A program made the translations under genes and the position numbers. From positions 14,638,770 through 14,702,769 of the forward strand of contig CM119271.1 of NCBI GenBank assembly GCA_051294375.1: a stretch of DNA of 64,000 nt, written 5' to 3'. A model generated the notes under the pieces. That model ran no database searches. It saw nothing but the letters and a program-made list of their open reading frames with translations, and had not been told where the DNA came from. This document shows, piece by piece, positions 58,003 to 64,000 of the stretch. The stretch comes from Paraspadella gotoi (lineage: Eukaryota; Animalia; Chaetognatha). Numbering within the stretch: position 1 is the first letter of the stretch; each line of letters opens with the position of its first letter.

Positions 58003-60603
58003 CTTCTCACGATGATCTCCTGATTCTCAGAATCGTAAGACGTTCTCGACTTGGGCAAAGGGTTCCCCAAGATCTTTCTCCATGTCACGTCCGGGACGGG
58101 GTTCCCGGCGAAGATGCACTTGAGGCGAAGAGTCTTTCCTTTCATAGCGATTGTGTTAAGCGGCGATCCCCAGACGAGATCCGGTTGCGAGTTTCCGATC
58201 ACGTCGTTTTCCTTCGAGGAGAAAACGAAGACGTTTGACGGTGCTCTTAATCTCATTTACATATTGTCGTGTATTAAATAAACATTTATATTCTTAATTC
58301 TCGTTACTTTAGTAGTTTAATAATATTACCGTTAATAATATTTACTTATTAACACTAAACATACGATGAGTATTATTAGAATATTATGGTGGACTAAAAT
58401 CCACCAACCGTTCATCAGCGGCCTTGGTGCCGGAGGCAAGTCATTCGCCTCCCAACCCAAAGGTCCGCCTTGCAGTTAAGAGGGACGGGGAGCTTAACCT
58501 GATCCGAAGCTCAGGGACAGCTTACATTGAACGGTTCTGTCATTAACACATCAATAATTACTGTCTCTTCAATATTACCAATTACTCCATATATATTCAA
58601 TAGCAGCTCTATTCACTCGACCCTTTCTCTCGACATCGACGATTCGACATCCGACAACAGATCTCACTTTGATCTTGATTATTTGGTCGTCGCCCTGCTG
58701 GATCGATCTCATGGTGGGGTTGAAGGCGTTGCAGACGTAGGGCAGCCCCTCGTTGTCGTCCTCCGGGCGGACGGAGAGGAAGTGAAGGTTGCCCTCCAGA
58801 TCCTGAGTGATGCGTTTGTCGAGGTGCATCGAGCCGAACGCGTCCTCTTCCCCGCCTGGCGTCCCGGAGGGGCAGGGGGGGGAAAGCGTCGGTTGTGGAG
58901 ATGTAGAATGTGGTGGGTTGGGATGAAGAGCGGTGGCGATGCGGGGGAATCGCGTCGTCGGAAAAGTGGAGGGACGATTGAAAAGAAAAGGACAAAATCC
59001 GAAATTAATCGCGAGTTCGTCCCCAAAAAAATGATCGATTCCCAAAAGAAGAAAACAAATGATTTTTTTTTTTTAAACAGTTGGTGAAGAGAATTAATAC
59101 GAAGATCCCAATTTCAACGACCAAAACCTAAAATTCTAAAAATTCAACACATCGAATCAAAAAAAAAAAAAAAACCCAACAGGTTAATTAAGACAGTCTC
59201 GACTCTGTTTTTGGTTCCCATATGATGGCGATTAAAAACAGTCGGTCAAGAATAAGTCGCACGGCATCCAAAAACGGCTATAAACTATTAATTGTCGAAT
59301 TCATGATCCACAAATTCTTTTTTTTTATTTTGGTTTTTTTTTTTTTATCCTTACCTTTCCGAATGACCTCAGGAGCTAAAATCGTAAAAACGTTATATTA
59401 CAAAATAGAACTATTAAGGAAGAAACTAAAACCGAACTCTATTTGTCGTCATCCCTTTCCCCGCACACCCCAAGGTCAAGGCGAGCATCGACCCAACCCC
59501 GACCCAACATAGCCCAAACCTCTGGCCCTTACCTCTGGTCCAAAAGGTTTCGGCGGCCGGAAGCCCGGCCGGTGGATTACACGTCAGCATCACGTGACTG
59601 TTCAGGACGGCGTCTCGAACCTTGGGCGTGTTTACTTTGGGCATTTGTTCGAGGTAGGCCTTGTGAGGGATTGAAGGAAAATCGGTGAGAAAAATCTCAT
59701 TTTACTTTGATGTCGGCTAATTTCATGAAGGCGACTTTCATTTACGTAATAACTTTTACCTCTCGCAAATGAATGACGGGCGAGAAGGATTTCCCGTGAG
59801 CGTTCTCGGCCGAACACTGATAAAACCTGGATAATAAAATTGGGAATGATAACCGTCGGTAATTCGCTATTTGGCACAATTGGTCAATCACGATTAATAT
59901 CGATTGATTAATCATCACGATAAGGCACGACTAGTTATTTGAAAGCAACAACCGTGACAGGCTCGTCCTCCATCCACCCAACGCACCCTTGATCCGTGTC
60001 TTGCGGCTTTTCGATCCTGAGATTTCCAGCGGCGCCGTCGGATCCTCGGGCGAAGGACATCCTTTCCTCGGCGGGGACATCGAGCGGACGCCCGTCACGA
60101 GTCCAGGTGTAGACGGGGGGCGGGTCCGCTTCCGCCTTGCATTCTAATTCGATATCCTCGCGACTATCGTAAACGAACTCGGTCCGTCCGTTTCTAAGGA
60201 TATAAAAAAAATAAAAAAAAGGTTTATTTTGATTTATTTAAAAATATATGATAAAAAAATTGGCATATGGTGGTTAGGTTTCGGGGGTTGAAGGTTAGGG
60301 TAGATAAGCTATAATTTTAACCATATTTTTTTAGAAATAAAATTTTTGTTTTATATTATTATTCAAAAGAATCCAAATTCCCAGTTGGCGAAAGTCAAAT
60401 TTGTAGGCGGCGGAAGAGTCGTTTATCTTGAGTGACCTGGGTTGCCTGGTCATGGTCGGTGGATGCGTCACCGAAGACGCGATGGTGAAGAATGAAAAAA
60501 GGACTACGAGGATGAAGGCGAGAGGCGGAGACGACGACGACGACGACATCTCGAATCGAAGTTGGTTCGCACGAGACTGGGAGCGGAGACGCGGCGACGT
60601 CAT
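49946..60603 (-). CDS. L1-family cell adhesion molecule (neuroglian/L1CAM/NrCAM): 6 Ig, 5 FnIII, TM, ankyrin-binding tail
   Basis: Signal peptide, Ig cysteine motifs ([22 protein letters not shown]), Fn[20 protein letters not shown] followed by [10 protein letters not shown], and tail [10 protein letters not shown] spliced to YVPDEKK...SQA* (exon 50023-49946). Confidence 0.93.
54478..54732 (+). mobile_element. Solo LTR of the same family, in an L1CAM intron
   Basis: Same ~255-bp TGTGGC...GCCATA unit, flanked by a 4-bp TSD AGAG. Confidence 0.9.
56061..56100. repeat. (AAT)n microsatellite
   Basis: Direct reading; intronic. Confidence 0.9.
57947..57998. repeat. (CT)n microsatellite immediately after an L1CAM splice donor
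   Basis: Direct reading. Confidence 0.95.
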
Positions 60604-61184
60604 GGCGGTTGCTGCGGAACACGAAACGGAAATATAAAAGGAAATATAAAATATAAAAGGAAATATAAAATATAAAAGGAAATATAAAAGGAGATGAAAC
60701 TCGAATTCGTGCAAAATATAGGGTTTTACCTAAACTTGAAGCTTGTGCTCAACTTTTTGGTTGTTGATTATTTATGAGAGGAAATGAGGGACGACGGGCA
60801 GAGGAGACATCGGGAGATGAAGGGAGTTATAACTAAGTATAATCATGCGTGGATTATCTATTGTCCGGTAAATATGGATATTTTTTTTTTACAGATTTAC
60901 AAATCTAGTTGACTCCTCTCGGGCTACGTTTCCAAGAATACCCATTTGCCGATTAGTATATTAAACCTTTAACAAATTTCGTTTAAAAAAAAAAGCCAGA
61001 ATAAGAATCCGCAAAATTTCGATTTTTTTTTTCACCGAAAGTCAAGCATGGCAGGTTATCTGCGGGAAAAAAAAAGAAGTTAAACGATGACAATGTACAA
61101 TTTAATTTTAATTTAATACAAACATTGTACAACGATTTTAAATTAAAATTTGGCGATAATAAAGAAAGAAATGTCGTTTTCATT

Positions 61185-61787
61185 CTATTTTTTAAAGAAT
61201 TTTCCAAAATAGATTACGTAGAAACAGTAAAGCATCAATATACATGCAGCAGCATGCGGGAAGGCGATCTGGAAATACACCCCGGCGATGACGACCAACA
61301 AGTGTTTGTATTTAAACCCGAATACGCCCTCGATCGCCCAACGATTCAAAAATTCGTTCTCATCCCAAATCTTTCGCAATTTCGTTCCCTCCAACTTTTC
61401 CAGACCGGATTTTTGGAGACTCTGGATTCTCTTCTCGAGGGTGACCTTGCGGCGTCGAGGGGCTTGAGTCTCGAAGTTTCGAATCGTCGTCCCCATCGGG
61501 TGAGACGACGAAGATGGCGACGACGAAGATGGCGACGACGAAGATGGCGACGACGAAGATGGCGACGACGGTGTCCAAAGAAGTTTCCTCCTCTCGTAAT
61601 TCTCGGAAGGAGAAAGAGACTTGGCCTTCCACCCGAAATTCATCGTCGAAGATAACCATCGGGGATCGAGCACGAGGTCATCGCCGGCGCCGCCGCTACC
61701 TCCTTTGCCGCCCCGCCTTCCCGCGAAACGCAAAAGTCGCGTAGCGGAAGTCAGACGCGACGAAGAAGTCAATAGCAAAGACGTCAT
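61185..61787 (-). CDS. Hypothetical intronless 200-aa protein, possible mitochondrial presequence and C-terminal TM segments
   Basis: GC-rich ORF with exon-like composition, an R/L/S-rich N-terminus, PSSSS x4 (15-bp repeat, about 61505-61570), a hydrophobic C-terminus and TTTTTCAG 9 nt before the ATG. Confidence 0.6.
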   Translation of the reverse strand: MTSLLLTSSSRLTSATRLLRFAGRRGGKGGSGGAGDDLVLDPRWLSSTMNFGWKAKSLSPSENYERRKLLWTPSSPSSSSPSSSSPSSSSPSSSSHPMGTTIRNFETQAPRRRKVTLEKRIQSLQKSGLEKLEGTKLRKIWDENEFLNRWAIEGVFGFKYKHLLVVIAGVYFQIAFPHAAACILMLYCFYVIYFGKFFKK

Positions 61788-61844
61788 TATTGACGACTGA
61801 AAAATGAAATTCGGTTGTATATTTTTATCTAAATACGGGGTATC

Positions 61845-62898
61845 TTAGTGCGGGGTAATTCGGAACACTTGGAAGTAATCAAATTTTTCGAATAGTAAAT
61901 GTATTTAAAAAAATAAAATCCTTCTGTTGATATATCTAGGAAAGTGTCTCCCCGCTGCAGGTCGATGCAGTCGTTTTTATCTTGCGAGCCCTAGTATAGG
62001 GGCCGCATTTAAAAAAAAGAAAGAAAAATGTTCCGTTTTACCCCACCCTGAGGTAATTCGGAACAGTTAATATATGTATAATTTTTTATAATATTACAGA
62101 AAATAATAACTAAAATGCTATTATTAAGTGCATGAAGTCTTTCATTAATAATGTTTTATGTATAACTGATGTATATTCTGAAGTGGGTAAAATGATTTTT
62201 AATACGTTATCACTTTTGGAAAATTATTGAATGACAATAGATACAAAATTTGCATACATTTTTTTATTTAGAATATTTTTGACAAAGTTTTTTATTTCTT
62301 TTCATTTTGCATTTTGTCCCAATCTTCCTTTCCAATTAATATTGGTTTTGGGCCAATTTTTTATTTCCAATGTTATTTTTCTTATCCTTTTTTTCATTTT
62401 AATTTTTTTTTCTTTTCCAAATAATTGTATTCATATTAATTTTTTTTTTAATTTCAGCTTAATTTTGTCTCAAACTATTTTTTTAACCATATTTAGGCAT
62501 TAAATTCCATTCTGAACGTTTGTATTTTTTATTGCTAAAAATAGATTTTTTACTGTAATAGTATATAGATTTTTTCTGCCTAATTATTTTACAAATGTTG
62601 CTAACTATTATTATTACTTAATAAATTATCACTAACCCATATAAAAGGCATATGAGGTAACACAGAACACTTGATAGGTGTTCCGTTTTACCCAAATATA
62701 ATTGTAGCTATGTAAAAAATAATTGATTGAATTTTTCAAAATAATCTATACAATAACTAAACATTACTAGTCTCGTCTATCATATATTTTATATTGGTTG
62801 TACCAATTTTATATTAATATTCCATATTCATATTACATCAAATATGTATATGTGTCAGTGTTTTTCGAATTACCCCTTTTCCGAATTACCCCACACTA
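61845..62898. mobile_element. Probable MITE with ~20-bp TIRs and subterminal repeats
   Basis: TAGTGCGGGGTAATTCGGAA versus TTCCGAATTACCCCACACTA, with related motifs at about 62030-62065, 62680 and 62865. The TSD is not clear. Confidence 0.6.
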
Positions 62899-63683
62899 CT
62901 CTATAGTAATGAATTTTTTTTCCCCATATATATTCTCTTCTGGAGATTAACTGTAACGTTTATTAAAGCACTTTTTCTAAAGTTAAGTTTGTCAAATATA
63001 TAAAGTCATATACACTCATGTGCAAAAAAAAATGTGATACTTTATAATTTTAAATTCCAGACGCTCTTTAAAAACATATTTAAAAATTATATAAGAAAAA
63101 TAAAATTTTTTAGAAAAAAAATAATTCAAGAGATATGATTTTTTAAACTTGAGTGTTCCAAAACCAAACGGGAAAATTGACTTTTATCTAAAAGCTTTAA
63201 AACCATGGACCTGTCATTCATCGTATGTTTTAGATTATGATATAAAGACCTGGGGCAATCCAGTTATCCTGCTATCCCTCCGGATGTCCAGTATAATTTT
63301 TTTTCATTATTTATTCTACTACAAGTATTGTAAAATATTAAATAAAAAAAGATCTAAAATATTTTTTTACGTTCAGCTTTGCGGTAGAGTACTTCATTTT
63401 AAAAAATCTCTGGTCCTAAATGGATGTCCCGATTTTAATAAAATTTATACCAAACTTATCTTTCAATAAACTTTAATTCATTTTTTTTTTTAAAATTCAA
63501 GTATATAAGGTGATTTCTAAAGTCTGAAATAAAGTGGCGCGATTTTTTTGCACATAACTGTATAAGAAAATAGAGGGGTTTTATTGTTTTAAGATGATAT
63601 TGCTGATTAAAATTTGAAAAATTTAATTGAAATCTGGATATAATTCGAAAAAAAAACTTTCAAGGTCCAAAGGTTGAAAGCGA

Positions 63684-64000
63684 TTAAATATTGACAACCC
63701 TAGAAGGTTTATCTTGAAAGTTTTCAATATCAGGAATCCAAACGTTTTGCGGCATCTTAGAGTCTTTGATGGCCTGACAAGATATGCCATTTGGATGTTG
63801 GATAAGCTTATACAAAAAAACTAAAGGGATTGGCATCAAGGTGGAAGCAGTGACTAAATTGCCAATAGTTATGCCCCAAAAAGGACCCTCAGATCTGTTT
63901 ATGATACGATTAGCGATCCAAATTATGCTGTAAAAAGCAAGAACCAACGGAGTCAGGTATTTCCAGGTAATTTTCCAATAAATATTGATTTTGGTACCAA
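63684..64000 (-). CDS. 3' end of an SLC6 (sodium:neurotransmitter symporter) family transporter; the start lies beyond the window
   Basis: GTKINIYWKITWKYLTPLVLAFYSII...PFWGITIGNLVTASTLMPIPLVFLYKL matches the TM11-TM12 pattern. Confidence 0.75.
   Translation of the reverse strand, partial: GTKINIYWKITWKYLTPLVLAFYSIIWIANRIINRSEGPFWGITIGNLVTASTLMPIPLVFLYKLIQHPNGISCQAIKDSKMPQNVWIPDIENFQDKPSRVVNI

Noticed and set aside
58400-58420. CTGATGA (minus strand) as a hammerhead core
   Set aside because: No downstream stem II plus GAAA.

Overview
Gene-dense, intron-containing animal (invertebrate-like) genomic DNA with GC/CpG-rich exons and short AT-rich introns. I can reconstruct 15 protein-coding genes, and all are on the minus strand. 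In window order: METTL26 (cut by the window start), SSU72, a ceramide synthase, OTUD5, a 4-RRM protein, MED7, an F-box protein, APLF, PPWD1, ATRX, an H-type-lectin-like gene nested in an ATRX intron, PEX6, an L1CAM/neuroglian homolog, a 200-aa orphan and the 3' end of an SLC6 transporter. Main points of interest: (1) the single-strand packing, short spacers and unpaired 3' splice acceptors before start codons suggest an operon/SL trans-splicing array; (2) ATRX appears spliced in frame to a C-terminal HPD-motif (J-domain-like) module; (3) a miniature LTR element and a solo LTR differ almost only by A/G changes, as in ADAR-type hyperediting; (4) one ATRX intron holds a four-level nest (lectin gene > tRNA-derived SINE > 2-kb foldback transposon); (5) the 5' part of PPWD1 has a cluster of frameshifts. 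All gene models were assembled by eye, so exon boundaries and family calls are unverified by database search.
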